Shown: positions 49,211-59,953, counted from the first letter of the stretch. The stretch: 64,000 nucleotides of DNA from an uncultured Candidatus Rokubacteria bacterium (GCA_963708025.1 CAVPSB010000011.1:1-64000), one strand, 5' to 3'. Made by a program: numbers and translations. The notes: generated by a model not told the origin, from the sequence alone.

Positions 49211-51272
49211 TCACCGCGGGAACGCGTCGCGGACGCCGCCGTTGACGGTCAGCGTGCAGCCGGTCGTCTTGGCCGACCGGTCGGAGGCGAGGAACAGGAC
49301 CGACTCGGCCACGTCCTCCGGCAGGACGGAGACCCCGAGGAGGTTGCGCTTCCGGTAGAACTCCTCGAGCTGCTCGACGCCGATCCCCTGGGCGCGCGCC
49401 CGCTCGCGCCGGACCTCCTCGGACCACAGGCCCGAGTCGCGGAACACGGCGTCGGGGTTCACGATGTTGGCGCGGATGCCGTGGGGGCCGCCCTCGATCG
49501 CCGCCACCTTGGCGAGCTGGGCCTCGGCCGCCTTCGCGGCGCTGTAGGCGGCGAAGTCCTTGCCGGGCGACATGACGTTCTTGGTCGCCACGAAGACGAG
49601 GCTGCCGCCGAGTCCCTGGGCCTTCAGGACGCGGAGCGCCTCGCGCGTCACCAGGAAGTGGCCGCGCGCGTTCACGGCGAAGCTCCGCTCCCAGTCGGCC
49701 AGGGCCATCGTGTCGAGCGGCGCCGAGTGGGCGATCCCGGCGTTCGACACCACGATGTCGAGCCCGCCGTAGGCCTCGACGGCCGCGCGGATCCCGGCCT
49801 GCACCGACGTCTCGGAGGTGACGTCCATGGCCACGCCGAGCGCGCGGCCGGACCCGGCTTCCTTCCCGATCTCGTCCGCGGCCCGCGCCGCCCCTGCCCC
49901 GTCCAGGTCGGCCACCACGACGTGGGCGCCCTCCCGGGCCAGCCGCCGGGCGACCGCCCGCCCGATCGCCCCGGCCGCCCCGGTGACGAGGACGATGCGC
50001 CGGGCCAGCTCCTTCTCGGGCGGCGCCAGCGCCAGCTTGTACAGCTCGAGCGGCCAGTACTCGACGCCGAACGCCTCGGCCGGCGGTCAGCGAGACGTAG
50101 CGGCCGACGCCCGAGGCGGCCCGCAGCACCCACGCGGTGTGGTGATAGATGTCGGCGACGATCCCCGCCGTCCGGGCGTCCTTGCCGCTCGTGAACATGC
50201 CGAGGCCGGGGAGGAGGATCACCCGCGGATACGGGTCCGCCAGCGTGGCGCCCTCGAACCGGTGGGCCTCGAAGTACGCGGTGTAGTCGCGCGCGAAGGC
50301 GTCGAGGGCCGGCCCCAGCGCCGCGACGACCGCGTCGGGCGAGGTCGGGTCGGCCAGCGGCACGAAGCACGGCAGGCGCTTCGTGTAGATGGTGTGGTCC
50401 GGCGTGGCCGGGCCGACCCGGGTCAGCTCCCCCGCCTCCGGCGCGCTCGCCAGCTCGCGCACGCTCTCGCCGTCGTCGAAGCGGAGGACCACGCGCCGAT
50501 CGCGCCCGAGGAGCCCGCGCAGGACCGGCGCCACCGCGGTGGCGACGCCGCGGCGGGTGGCCGCGTCCGGCGCGGGGACGGTGGGCGGGCCGAAGACCCG
50601 GCGGCGGCGGGCGGCGTCGGCGAGACGCTCCTCGGCCCGGGTCACCAGGTCGAGGGTGCCGAGATAGGCCTCCTCGACGGTGGCTCCCCACGTGAGCAGG
50701 CCGTGCTTCTCGAGAACGATGCCCCGCGCCTCGGGATGGGCCCGCACGGCGTCGGCGACTTCCCGGGAGAGCCGGAACCCCGGCCGGCGGTACGCGATGC
50801 CGGCGACGTCCTTGCCGAACAGCTCCTGGACCACCTCGCGGCCGCGGTCGGTGTTGGTCAGGGCCACGATCGCGTCGGCGTGGGTGTGGATCACCGCCTC
50901 GAACGGGAGGAAGCCGTGGAGCAGCGTCTCGATCGAGGGACGGGGCGAGCCGGGCTCCTGGAGGCAGCGGGCCAGGTAGTCCACCATCTCCTGGTCGCCC
51001 ATGTCGGCGCGGGCCACGAGCGGGCGGACGTCGTCCAGGCGGACCCCGGGGAAGTCCTTGCGGGTGACGCTCTTGAGGTCCGAGCCGCTCCCCTTGACGC
51101 GCAGGACGGGGATCGGCCGCCCCTGCAGGTCGGGCTCGGTCAGCTTGATCGAGGTGTTGCCGCCGCCCCAGACGGCCAGCGAGGTCTCGGCGCCGACGAG
51201 GCGCGAGGCGTAGACCAGGAGATCGAGGGGATCGAGACCGCGCGCGGCCTCGTCGTTCCAGTGGCTCTGCAT
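49211..51272 (-). CDS. Bifunctional class II aldolase / short-chain dehydrogenase (rhamnulose-1-P aldolase-SDR fusion type; frameshift ~50080)
   Basis: GGGNTSIK, KGSGSDL, PSIETLLH, HTHAD, TPDH; SDR SNAG, YSAAK. Promoter TTGACG-N17-TACGAT at 51321-51293. Confidence 0.9.
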
Positions 51273-51344
51273 GCGGGTGGGACCCGGCCCGTATCGTAGT
51301 CGGCCGCTCGCGCGGCGTCAAGGCACGCGCGATCCGTTCGAGGG

Positions 51345-51554
51345 TCAGCCGGCCGCCCGACCCGATTCCGGGGGCTCGCGTCCGTAGACGAGCGCCGGCA
51401 GGACGAGGACGAGAACCGACCACACCGGGTTGACGTGATCCCGCCGCGGCTCCACGAGGAGCTGCAGCAGCCCCAGGAGCCACGCGATCGAGGTGAGCGC
51501 CGTCCAGACGCCGAAGAGCTTGAGGCCGACTCGCCCCAGCTCACGCAGATCCAT
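51345..51554 (-). CDS. Small 2-TM hypothetical protein
   Basis: Two hydrophobic segments. Confidence 0.5.
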   Translation of the reverse strand: MDLRELGRVGLKLFGVWTALTSIAWLLGLLQLLVEPRRDHVNPVWSVLVLVLPALVYGREPPESGRAAG

Positions 51555-52752
51555 CTGGCGTTCCGCGAGCCGGCGGCGCGGACTCCCCCCGGTGGAGCCG
51601 TTCGGCGTCGGGAAGGCTGGCCTGCCAGCCCTCGGTGAAGAGGGTCTTGCCGCCCCAGTATTCCTGGAACGGGTGGGCGAGGGCGGCCGCCTCGTGCAGC
51701 TCGACGCCGAGCCCCGGCCGGTCGGACACGACGATCTCTCCGTTCACGACGCGGGGGCCGCCCTCGACGACCTCGTCGATCCAGGGGGCCTGGGCCACGA
51801 AGTACTCCTGGATGAGGAAGTTCGGGATCACCGCGTCGAGCTGGACGGCGGCGGCGGTGCCGATCGGCCCCGAGGCGTTGTGGGGCGCCACCTGGACGTA
51901 GTGGGCCTCGGCCAGGGCGGCGATCTTCTTGACCTCGGTGAGCCCGCCGGCGTGGCAGAGGTCGGGCTGGACGATGTCCACCGCCCGGCGCCGGAGCAGC
52001 TCCTGGAACGCGAACTTCGTGCAGAGCCGCTCGCCGGTCGCGACCGGGATCCGGATCGCCCGCGCCACCTTCACCAGGGCATCGACGTTCTCGACGGGGA
52101 CCGGCTCCTCGTAGAAGAACGGATCGAAGGGCTCGAGCCGACGCGCCATGGCGATCGACCAGGCCGGGGCCAGCCGGCCGTGCACCTCGATGCAGAGGTC
52201 CACGTCGGGGCCGACCGCCTCCCGCACCGCCGCCACGTTCGCCACGGCAGCCCGCATCGCCACCGCCCGCATCGTCAGGTCGGCGTCGCCGAAGGGGTCC
52301 CACTTGAGGGCCGTGTAGCCCTCGGCGACGACCTTGGCCGCCGCCCGGGCGAACTGCTCGGGCGTCTCGCAGCCCCAGTACCAGGCGTTGGCGTAGGCCC
52401 TGAGCTGCCCGCGTCGCTTCCCGCCGAGGAGGGCGTGGACCGGCACCCCCAGCTTCTTCCCCTTCAGGTCCCAGCAGGCCTGGTCGATCGCGCTGATCGC
52501 GCTGTTGATGATGAGGTCGTTCCGCCAGTAGCTGTCCCGGTAGAGCCGCTCCCACAGGGCTTCGGTCGCCCCGGCGTCCGCGCCCCGGATCCGGGCGCAG
52601 GTCTGGCGGAGGCAGGCTTCGGCGGCCAGCTCGTTCCACTCGACGGTCGCCTCGCCGACGCCGGTCAGCCCGTCCTCCGTGTAGAGCTTGAGGAAGACGA
52701 AGCTCCGGTAGCCGTCGTGGACGATGAAGGTGCGGAAGTCCTCGATCCGCAC
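51541..52752 (-). CDS. Mandelate racemase/enolase-superfamily acid-sugar dehydratase (DgoD-like)
   Basis: SAIDQACWDLKGK, KWDPF, EVHG, EEP, TGER, QPD, PHN. Confidence 0.9.
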   Translation of the reverse strand: MRIEDFRTFIVHDGYRSFVFLKLYTEDGLTGVGEATVEWNELAAEACLRQTCARIRGADAGATEALWERLYRDSYWRNDLIINSAISAIDQACWDLKGKKLGVPVHALLGGKRRGQLRAYANAWYWGCETPEQFARAAAKVVAEGYTALKWDPFGDADLTMRAVAMRAAVANVAAVREAVGPDVDLCIEVHGRLAPAWSIAMARRLEPFDPFFYEEPVPVENVDALVKVARAIRIPVATGERLCTKFAFQELLRRRAVDIVQPDLCHAGGLTEVKKIAALAEAHYVQVAPHNASGPIGTAAAVQLDAVIPNFLIQEYFVAQAPWIDEVVEGGPRVVNGEIVVSDRPGLGVELHEAAALAHPFQEYWGGKTLFTEGWQASLPDAERLHRGESAPPARGTPDGSA

Positions 52753-52767
52753 GGGTGGGCGGCGGCG

Positions 52768-53832
52768 CTACCGGACCTTGCCGCGGGCGGCGATCGGCCA
52801 GACGACCTCGACGCGGTCGCCGCGCACGCCGTAGACCTCGTCCACCATGTTCGACACCACGCAGCAGTGGTTCGGCACCACGTGGACGACGTCGCCCACC
52901 GCGGGGCGCTCGGGACAGGCCGAGAGGTCCAGGGTCCCGTGCTCCTCGGAGAGCCCGGTCACGGCAGCCGCCGGATACTCCATGACGTGGCCGTAGCCCT
53001 TCATCCCGTAGAGGTCCGAGGTCAGCACCTTGGTCCCGGCGTCGATGATGGCCCGGGTATCGGTCGGCCGGCTCACCACGGTGACCCGCACGCGCATGGC
53101 GCACTCGTCCCAGGTGGCGTTCTTCGCCAGCTCCACGACCATCGCGTCGTTGTAGACGCAGGTGCCGGCCCGGTGCTCGGTCAGCATCGGGAACTTCCCC
53201 ACGGTGGCCAGGGCCGGGGTGCCCCCGCCCGAGACGATCGGGACCGGGATCCCGGCCTGCTTGAAGAGGGCCAGGGCGCGCTCGAAGAAGGCCCCGGTGC
53301 CGGGGTCGCGGTTCGGGAACGTCATGAGCCCCTGGAAGTCCATCCGGGGCAGCTTCATCGCGGCCCGGGCCAGGTCGAACGCCGCCTCGGGACTCTGGAC
53401 CCCGTTCCGGCCGAAGCCGGTGTCGCACTCGACGAGGAAGCGCACGTCTACGCCGTGGCGGGCGCCGGCCTCGGAGAGCCCCCGGGCCACCGTCTCGTTG
53501 TCGAGGGCCACGGTGAGGCGGCGCACCCGAGGAGCCAGCGCCATGAGCCGGTCGAGCTTCGGTCGGCCGAGGATGTTGTAGCTGAGCAGCACGTCCTGGG
53601 CGACCCCGGCGTCCACGAATACCTCGGCCTCGCCGACCTTCTGGACCGTGATGCCGATGGCGCCCGCCGCCATCTGCATCTGGCCGATGGCGGGGATCTT
53701 GTGGGTCTTGACGTGGGGCCGGTTGCCGACGCCGTGGCGGTCGAGGAGCGCCTGCACCCGCCGGATGTTGGCCTCCATGACGTCCAGCTGAACGGTCACG
53801 GCCGGCGTGTCGAGCTCACGGACGTCGTTCAC
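52768..53832 (-). CDS. D-threonine aldolase/DSD1-family PLP enzyme
   Basis: RPHVKTHK, SGGGTP, HRAGT, DAGTK, SEEHG, PNHCC. Confidence 0.92.
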   Translation of the reverse strand: MNDVRELDTPAVTVQLDVMEANIRRVQALLDRHGVGNRPHVKTHKIPAIGQMQMAAGAIGITVQKVGEAEVFVDAGVAQDVLLSYNILGRPKLDRLMALAPRVRRLTVALDNETVARGLSEAGARHGVDVRFLVECDTGFGRNGVQSPEAAFDLARAAMKLPRMDFQGLMTFPNRDPGTGAFFERALALFKQAGIPVPIVSGGGTPALATVGKFPMLTEHRAGTCVYNDAMVVELAKNATWDECAMRVRVTVVSRPTDTRAIIDAGTKVLTSDLYGMKGYGHVMEYPAAAVTGLSEEHGTLDLSACPERPAVGDVVHVVPNHCCVVSNMVDEVYGVRGDRVEVVWPIAARGKVR

Positions 53833-53900
53833 CTACGCCTCCTTATGGCGGGGCCAGGCCTTTGAAGCGCCAGAGTCATTGCAGTCGGGTCAAGTTCCTT

Positions 53901-54101
53901 GGGGCGGGGCCGAGGAGCGAGCAGCGCCCACAGGCCGAAGGCCGTCCAATGGACGCAGGGAGGAGCCGACCGCAGGCGTACTCCGAGTACGCCGAGGATC
54001 GGCTCCGACCGAGGACGACCAGAGGTCGGGACGGACGCGAGGCCGTAGGCCGAGCGCGTCCCGGCCGAGATGAACGTTGCGACGCTCATCGGCCCCGCCC
54101 C
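53901..54101 (+). repeat. Structured intergenic repeat, copy B
   Basis: 13-bp terminal IR GGGGCGGGGCCGA; same core as copy A plus GGCCGAAGGCC inserts. Confidence 0.85.
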
Positions 54102-55031
54102 CTACAGCACCTTGCGGGGGTCGATCGCGTCCCTCAGCCCGTCCCCGATGAAGTTGATGGCAAGGACGGTCAGGAAGATGGCGGTGCCGGGGAAGATCGC
54201 CCAGTGGGGCGCGAAATCGAGGTTGTCCTTGGCGTCGAACAGGATGCGGCCCCAGGTCGGAATGTCCGGCGGGAAACCGAGGCCCAGGAAGGAGAGCGAG
54301 GACTCGGCGATGATGGCCGCCGCCACGTCGAGGGACGCCGCCACGATGACGGGCCCGATGGCGTTCGGCAGGATGTGGCGCGCCACCTGACGAAACACCG
54401 GCACCCCGAGCCCCCGGGCCGCCTCGACGAACTCCTTCTCCCGGAGCGACAGGAACTGGGCCCGGACCAGCCGGGCCACCGGCATCCAGCGGAGTCCTCC
54501 GATCACGACGACGATCAGGATGAAGACGCCGGCCTCCGGCCCGAATGCCCGCCTGAGGGAGTCCCGGAACAGGTAGACGATCAGGAGCAGGAGCGGGAGC
54601 TGGGGGAGCGAGATGAACAGGTCGGTGACCCGCATCAGGGCGTTGTCGAGGACGCCCCCGAACTGCCCGGACAGCGCCCCGACGAGGGTGCCGGCCGTGA
54701 TCGCGATGAGCATGGCCGCGACCCCGACGGCCAGCGAGATCCGCCCGCCGTAGAGCATCCGGGCCAGGAGGTCCTGGCCGAGGTCGTCCGTCCCCAGCGG
54801 ATGCGCCTGGGAGGGTCCCTTGAGCTTGGCCTTGAAGTCGATCTCGTCGATCGGGACGCGGTAGACGAAGGGGCCGGCGAGGACCGCCAGCACCATGAGC
54901 GCGAGCACCACCCCGCCGAGGACGGCCAGCCGGTGGCGCCGGAAGCGCCGCCAGGCCTCCAGCCAGAGCGAGTCGGACCGGCGCACCGCCACCACGCGAA
55001 CGCCCGCCACCACCGCCTCGGACGCCGCCAT
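54102..55031 (-). CDS. oppC: ABC peptide permease
   Basis: HPLGTDDLGQD, EFVEAARGLG, HILPN, GDGLRDAIDP. Confidence 0.92.
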   Translation of the reverse strand: MAASEAVVAGVRVVAVRRSDSLWLEAWRRFRRHRLAVLGGVVLALMVLAVLAGPFVYRVPIDEIDFKAKLKGPSQAHPLGTDDLGQDLLARMLYGGRISLAVGVAAMLIAITAGTLVGALSGQFGGVLDNALMRVTDLFISLPQLPLLLLIVYLFRDSLRRAFGPEAGVFILIVVVIGGLRWMPVARLVRAQFLSLREKEFVEAARGLGVPVFRQVARHILPNAIGPVIVAASLDVAAAIIAESSLSFLGLGFPPDIPTWGRILFDAKDNLDFAPHWAIFPGTAIFLTVLAINFIGDGLRDAIDPRKVL

Positions 55032-55049
55032 CACCCTACCCTGGTGTCC

Positions 55050-55335
55050 CGGCCGTGGCCGAGAAGCGAGCAGCCCTAGGACGCAGGGAGTCGCCGACCG
55101 CAGGCGTACTCCGAGTACGCCGAGGATCGGCGACGACCCCAAAGGCCGAAGGCCGTCCGGAGGACGACGGAATGCGAAGCTTATGGCCCCTCGGGATCCT
55201 CGAAGGGCAACGGCCGCAGACCTGCGGGGGCAAGGTCGAGGAGCGAGACGCCCACAGGCCGAAGGCCGTCCGAACGACGCAGGCCGAGCGCGTCCCGACC
55301 GAGATCGACGTTGCGAAGCTTATCGGCCACGGCCG
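55050..55335 (+). repeat. Structured intergenic repeat, copy C (composite)
   Basis: 13-bp terminal IR CGGCCGTGGCCGA; same core; partial second unit inside. Confidence 0.85.
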
Positions 55336-56295
55336 CTAGCGGTAGCTGATCCGGGGGTCCAGCCAGCCATACACGATATCCGCCACCAGGTTGAACGCGA
55401 CGACTAGGCACGCGAAGACGAAGGTGATGGCCATCACCACCGGGGTGTCGTTCGACAGGATGGAGCTGATCAGGAGCGCGCCGATCCCGGGGACCCGGAA
55501 GATCTGCTCGGTGATCACGGCCCCGGTGAAGATGGCCGGGATCTGCAGGGCGACCAGGGTCACCACCGGGATGAGCGCGTTGCGGACGACGTGCTTGAGG
55601 ATCGTGAAGCGCTCCGAGAGCCCCTTGGCCCGCGCCGTGTTGATGTAGTCGAGGCGGACGACTTCCAGCACCCCCGACCGGACGAAGCGCGTCAGGGACG
55701 CGCCCTGGAAGACCCCCAGCACGGTGATCGGCATGATCCCCTGCTTGAGGTTCTCCCACACCCACCGGAGCCCGGTGGCCTGGATGTCCGAGCGGTAGAT
55801 GAACGGGAGCCAGTCCAGGTAGATGCTGAACAGCAGGATGAAGAGGAGGCCGGTGAAGAACGTCGGCAGGGAGAAGCCGACGAAGGCCAGGGTGGTGGCG
55901 ACCTGGTCGAAGACCGAATATGGTCGGACCGCCGAATAGATCCCCACCGGCAGCGCGATCAGGAGTCCCAGGAGCTGGGCCAGCCCCAGGACGAACAGCG
56001 TCGTGGGCAGCCGCTGGAGGATCAGGGTGTCCACGTTCACGCGGCTCACGAAGGAGAAGCCCCAGTCGCCCTTCAGCATGGAGACGAACCACCGGACGTA
56101 CCGCAGCGCGATGGGATCGTCGAGGCCGAACTGGGCCCGGAGGTTCATCCGCACCTCGGGGGGGACGTTGGGGTTGGTGGCCAGCTCCTCGAAGGGGTCG
56201 CCGGGGGCCATGGCGAGGATGGTGAACAGGATGACGCTGATCCCCATGAGGACCGGGATCATCGTCAGCAGCCGGCGGATCAGATAGGTGCGCAT
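55336..56295 (-). CDS. oppB: ABC peptide permease
   Basis: DYINTARAKGL, HVVRNAL, TEQIF. Confidence 0.93.
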   Translation of the reverse strand: MRTYLIRRLLTMIPVLMGISVILFTILAMAPGDPFEELATNPNVPPEVRMNLRAQFGLDDPIALRYVRWFVSMLKGDWGFSFVSRVNVDTLILQRLPTTLFVLGLAQLLGLLIALPVGIYSAVRPYSVFDQVATTLAFVGFSLPTFFTGLLFILLFSIYLDWLPFIYRSDIQATGLRWVWENLKQGIMPITVLGVFQGASLTRFVRSGVLEVVRLDYINTARAKGLSERFTILKHVVRNALIPVVTLVALQIPAIFTGAVITEQIFRVPGIGALLISSILSNDTPVVMAITFVFACLVVAFNLVADIVYGWLDPRISYR

Positions 56296-56300
56296 CGGAG

Positions 56301-56331
56301 CGGGGCCCGGAGGTTCAGGCTCCGGGCCCCG
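56301..56331. other. Intercistronic hairpin after the SBP gene
   Basis: CGGGGCCCGGAG-N7-CTCCGGGCCCCG. Confidence 0.55.
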
Positions 56332-56340
56332 GATGGATTC

Positions 56341-58137
56341 CTACGCTTCCCGATACCAGTTCGCCAGGTTCCAGAAGCTCGAGTCCCAGCCGCTGATGTC
56401 GGTGCCCTTCAGCTTGTTGGAGACGCCCGAGACCCAGCTCCGCCAGATGAGGGGCACCACCACGACGTTCTGGACGACGAGGTCGTTCATCCGGATGAAG
56501 GTGGCCGCCCGCTTGACGGGGTCCATCTCGGTCTCGGCGGCCTTGTACAGCCGGTCGAACTCCTCGTTGTGCCAGCGCGTCGTGTTGCGGCCGGACCACT
56601 TGTTGTCCTTGGTCGCCACCTCCCAGGACGCGAATACCCGCATCGACGCCTGGGGATCGACGTCGAACTGCCAGGCGTACATCTGGAGATCGGCGCCGAA
56701 CTTCGCGAGGGTGTCCGGGTTCCCGGGGTCCGACCCGAAGAACACGGACGCGACGATCGTCTTCAGCTCCATGTCGATCCCGGCCTTCGCCGCCGCCTGC
56801 TTGACGATCGCCTGCTGCTTCTGGCGGGCCGCGTTGATCGACGTCTGGAAGAGGAACTTCAGCCGCTTGCCATCCTTGGCCCGGATGCCGTCGGCACCCC
56901 GCTTCCAGCCGGCGTCGTCCAGGACCTTGTTGGCCTTCTCGACGTTGAACTCCCACTTCGTGTTCTTGGACTGGAACCGGGAGGGCGCGTTGAGGTAGTT
57001 CCCCGTCGCCTGGCCGCCTCGGCCGTAGACCTGCTCCTGCATGGATCCGCGATCCACGATCAGGGTCAGGGCCTGCCGGACCGCCGGATCGGCCAGCAGC
57101 GGGTGCTTGGTCTTGACGCTGGACTTCTCGCCGTCCACCTCGGTCCAGGGGTCGGTCTGGTTCACGTTGATGTGCTCGATGGTTCCCGACGCGACGAAGT
57201 CCACCCGTCCCTTGCCGCCCTGCTCCATGCGCTTGAGGATGTCGTCCTCGACCTGGAGGTTCCAGGCGAAGTCGTACTCGCCCGTCTGGATGACCGCCCG
57301 TGCCGCGGAGACCGCGTCCCCACCCCCCTTCATCTCGACCCGGTCGAAGAAGGGCCGGTTGGCCACGTGGTAGCTCGGGTTCAGCTCCCCCCGCACCACG
57401 TCGTTCGGCTTGAAGTCGGCGTAGCGATAGGGCCCGGTGCCGACGGGCTTCATGTTCGCTGGGGCCTCACGCGACTTCGCCCCCTTGAACGGTTCGAACA
57501 CGTGCTTTGGGATGATGAGGCCGGACCCCGTCAAGCAGAAGGCGATCGGCCAGAAGGGTGTGGGGCTCTTGAAGACCACTTTGACCGTGTGGCTGTCCAG
57601 CTTGTCCACCCGGACGACATCCCGGTAGGTGCCGATGCTCGTGGCCGCGGTGGCCGGATCGGCCGCGAACTCCCAGGTGAAGACGACGTCGTCGGCCGTG
57701 AACGGCTTCCCATCGTGCCACTGGACGCCGCGCTTGAGCTTCCAGGTCACCGACAGGCCGTCCCTAGCGACCCCGCCGTTGTCCAGACTCGGCAACTCGG
57801 CGGCGAGGATCGGCACCAGGTTGCCGTCGGGGTCGAAGCAGGCCAGCGGCTCGTAGAAGAGCCGGGACCCGTCGTTGTCCTTCACCCCCACCGCCAGGTG
57901 AGGATTGAGGATGCTCACGGCCTGCCACCAGAGGACCTTCAGCTCCCCGCCCCCGCCCCGCTTCGTCGGGTTGAAGGCCGGCCGGGTCTGGGCCTGGGCC
58001 AGGCCGGCCGACCCCAGCATCTGGGCGGCCAGGGGAGCGGTGAGTCCCATCCCGACCATGAGGCGCGTGAAGGCGCGCCGGCTCAGGACGCCGGCCTCGA
58101 CCGATCCGATCAGCTCGCGCAGCCCGCGCTCGTCCAT
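56341..58137 (-). CDS. ABC peptide substrate-binding protein, Tat-like signal
   Basis: SRRAF, WHDGKPFTADDV, GTGPY. Confidence 0.93.
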   Translation of the reverse strand: MDERGLRELIGSVEAGVLSRRAFTRLMVGMGLTAPLAAQMLGSAGLAQAQTRPAFNPTKRGGGGELKVLWWQAVSILNPHLAVGVKDNDGSRLFYEPLACFDPDGNLVPILAAELPSLDNGGVARDGLSVTWKLKRGVQWHDGKPFTADDVVFTWEFAADPATAATSIGTYRDVVRVDKLDSHTVKVVFKSPTPFWPIAFCLTGSGLIIPKHVFEPFKGAKSREAPANMKPVGTGPYRYADFKPNDVVRGELNPSYHVANRPFFDRVEMKGGGDAVSAARAVIQTGEYDFAWNLQVEDDILKRMEQGGKGRVDFVASGTIEHINVNQTDPWTEVDGEKSSVKTKHPLLADPAVRQALTLIVDRGSMQEQVYGRGGQATGNYLNAPSRFQSKNTKWEFNVEKANKVLDDAGWKRGADGIRAKDGKRLKFLFQTSINAARQKQQAIVKQAAAKAGIDMELKTIVASVFFGSDPGNPDTLAKFGADLQMYAWQFDVDPQASMRVFASWEVATKDNKWSGRNTTRWHNEEFDRLYKAAETEMDPVKRAATFIRMNDLVVQNVVVVPLIWRSWVSGVSNKLKGTDISGWDSSFWNLANWYREA

Positions 58138-58141
58138 GGGC

Positions 58142-59953
58142 CTAGCCCTCTTTGTACCAGTAGGCGTGGTTGTAGAGGTTCGAGTCCCAGCCGCTGATGT
58201 CGGTGCCCCTCAGCCGGTTGGACACCGCCGAGATGACGCTCCGCCAGAGGACCGGGACGACGATCACGTTCTGGATGAGGAGGTCGTTCATGCGGATGAA
58301 GTTGGCGGCCCGCTTCACCGGGTCCATCTCGGTCTCGGCGGCCTTCCAGAGCCGGTCGTACTCCTCGTTGCGCCACCGCGTGATGTTGCGGCCGGCCCAC
58401 TTGTTCTCCTTCGACGCGACCTCCCACGAGCAGAACTGCTCCATGAACCGCTGGGGGTCCGGGTTGTTCATCGTCGTCGTGTACATCTGGATGTCGGTGT
58501 AGAAGTGGGGGTAGGTGTCCGGATTGCCCGCATCGGAGGCAAAGAAGACCGACGACACCACCGACTTCAGCTCCATCTCGATCCCGGCCTTGGCCGCCGC
58601 CTGCTTCACGATGGCCTGGGTCTTCTGGCGGGGCGCGTTGATGGCGGTCTGGAAGACCATCTTGAGCCGCTTGCCGTCCTTGGCCCGGACGCCGTCGGCG
58701 CCCCGCTTCCAGCCGGCGTCGTCCAGGATCTTGTTGGCCTTCTCGACGTTGAACTCCCATTTGTTGTTCTTCGAGTTGAAGCGGGACGGGGCGTTCAGGA
58801 AGTTGGCCGTGCTCTGGCCGAGACGGCCGTAGATCTGCTCCTGGACCGACGCGCGGTTGACGAGCAGATTCAACGCCGACCTCACCGCCGGGTCGGTCAG
58901 GAAGGGGTGGGATGCCTTCAGGCTCGAGCGCTCGCCGTCGATCTCCTTCCAGGGATCGGTCTGGTTGCACTGGATGTGCTCGATGTTGCCGGCCACGGCG
59001 ATGTTGACCTTCCCCTTGCCGCCCTGCTCCATCCGGCGGAGGATGTCGTCTTCCACCTGCAGGTTCCAGGCGAAGTCGTACTCACCCGTCTGGATGACGG
59101 CGCGCGCCGCCGAGACCGCGTCCCCACCGCCCTTCAGCTCGAGCTGGTCGAAGAACGGCCAGTTCGGGACGTGGTAGCCGGGGTTCGCCTCGGCCCGGAT
59201 CATGTCGCCCGGCTTGAACTCGACGAGCCGGTAGGGGCCGGTGCCGATCGGCTTGAGGTTCGCCGGCGCCTCCCGGGACTTCGCCCCCTTGAACGGCTCG
59301 AAGACGTGCTTGGGGACGATCTGGCCGCCGGGGCCGCAGAAGGCGATCGGCCAGAACGGGGTGGGATTCTTGAAGACGACCTTGACCGTGTGGCTGTCCG
59401 GCTTGTCCACCCGGGCGATGTCCCGGTAGAAGCCGATCGTCCAGGCGGCGGTGGCGGGATCGACGGCGTACTCCCAGTTGAAGACCACGTCGTCGGCGGT
59501 GAACGGCTTCCCGTCGTGCCACGTCACGCCCCGCTTGAGCTTCCAGGTGACGGAGAGCCCGTCCTTCGCGACGGCGCCGTTCTGGAGGCTGGGGATCTCG
59601 GCGGCGAGATTCGGCACCAGGTTGCCGTCGGGGTCGAAGGAGGCCAGCGGCTCGTAGAAGACCCGGGAGCCGTCCTGGTCCTTCGTCCCGTTCGCGAAGT
59701 GGGGGTTCAGGAGCGTCGGGGCCTGCCACCAGAGGACCTTGAGCGGCCCGCCCATGCCGCGCCGGGTCGGGGTGAACGCCTTGGTCTGCGCCTGCGCCAC
59801 GCCGCCGAGGCCGCCAATGCCCAACGATGCCAGCATCTGGCCGACCATGGGCGCCGCCAGGCCGAGCCCGACCATCATCCGCGTGAAGTCGCGCCGGCTG
59901 ACACGCCCGTCCTTCACGCGGCGAATCCAATCCCGAAGCTCGCGCTCATCCAT
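58142..59953 (-). CDS. ABC peptide substrate-binding protein, Tat-like signal
   Basis: SRRDF, WHDGKPFTADDV, GTGPY; promoter-like TTGACC-N18-TAAGAT at 60073-60044. Confidence 0.93.
   Translation of the reverse strand: MDERELRDWIRRVKDGRVSRRDFTRMMVGLGLAAPMVGQMLASLGIGGLGGVAQAQTKAFTPTRRGMGGPLKVLWWQAPTLLNPHFANGTKDQDGSRVFYEPLASFDPDGNLVPNLAAEIPSLQNGAVAKDGLSVTWKLKRGVTWHDGKPFTADDVVFNWEYAVDPATAAWTIGFYRDIARVDKPDSHTVKVVFKNPTPFWPIAFCGPGGQIVPKHVFEPFKGAKSREAPANLKPIGTGPYRLVEFKPGDMIRAEANPGYHVPNWPFFDQLELKGGGDAVSAARAVIQTGEYDFAWNLQVEDDILRRMEQGGKGKVNIAVAGNIEHIQCNQTDPWKEIDGERSSLKASHPFLTDPAVRSALNLLVNRASVQEQIYGRLGQSTANFLNAPSRFNSKNNKWEFNVEKANKILDDAGWKRGADGVRAKDGKRLKMVFQTAINAPRQKTQAIVKQAAAKAGIEMELKSVVSSVFFASDAGNPDTYPHFYTDIQMYTTTMNNPDPQRFMEQFCSWEVASKENKWAGRNITRWRNEEYDRLWKAAETEMDPVKRAANFIRMNDLLIQNVIVVPVLWRSVISAVSNRLRGTDISGWDSNLYNHAYWYKEG

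Noticed and set aside
45795-53832. TPP enzyme, FNR, LLM, aldolase-SDR, dehydratase and D-TA genes as one novel pathway
   Set aside because: These are common catabolic families, an internal promoter lies at ~51300, and no substrate can be inferred from the sequence alone.
55032-55142. N-terminal extension of oppC into repeat copy C (in-frame repeat insertion)
   Set aside because: The ATG at 55031 gives a normal-length permease; the extension is just an open frame through the repeat.
35839-55335. Repeat copies as a CRISPR array
   Set aside because: They are dispersed, long and structured, with no repeat-spacer periodicity and no cas operon. The Cas4-like nuclease lies in an unrelated element.
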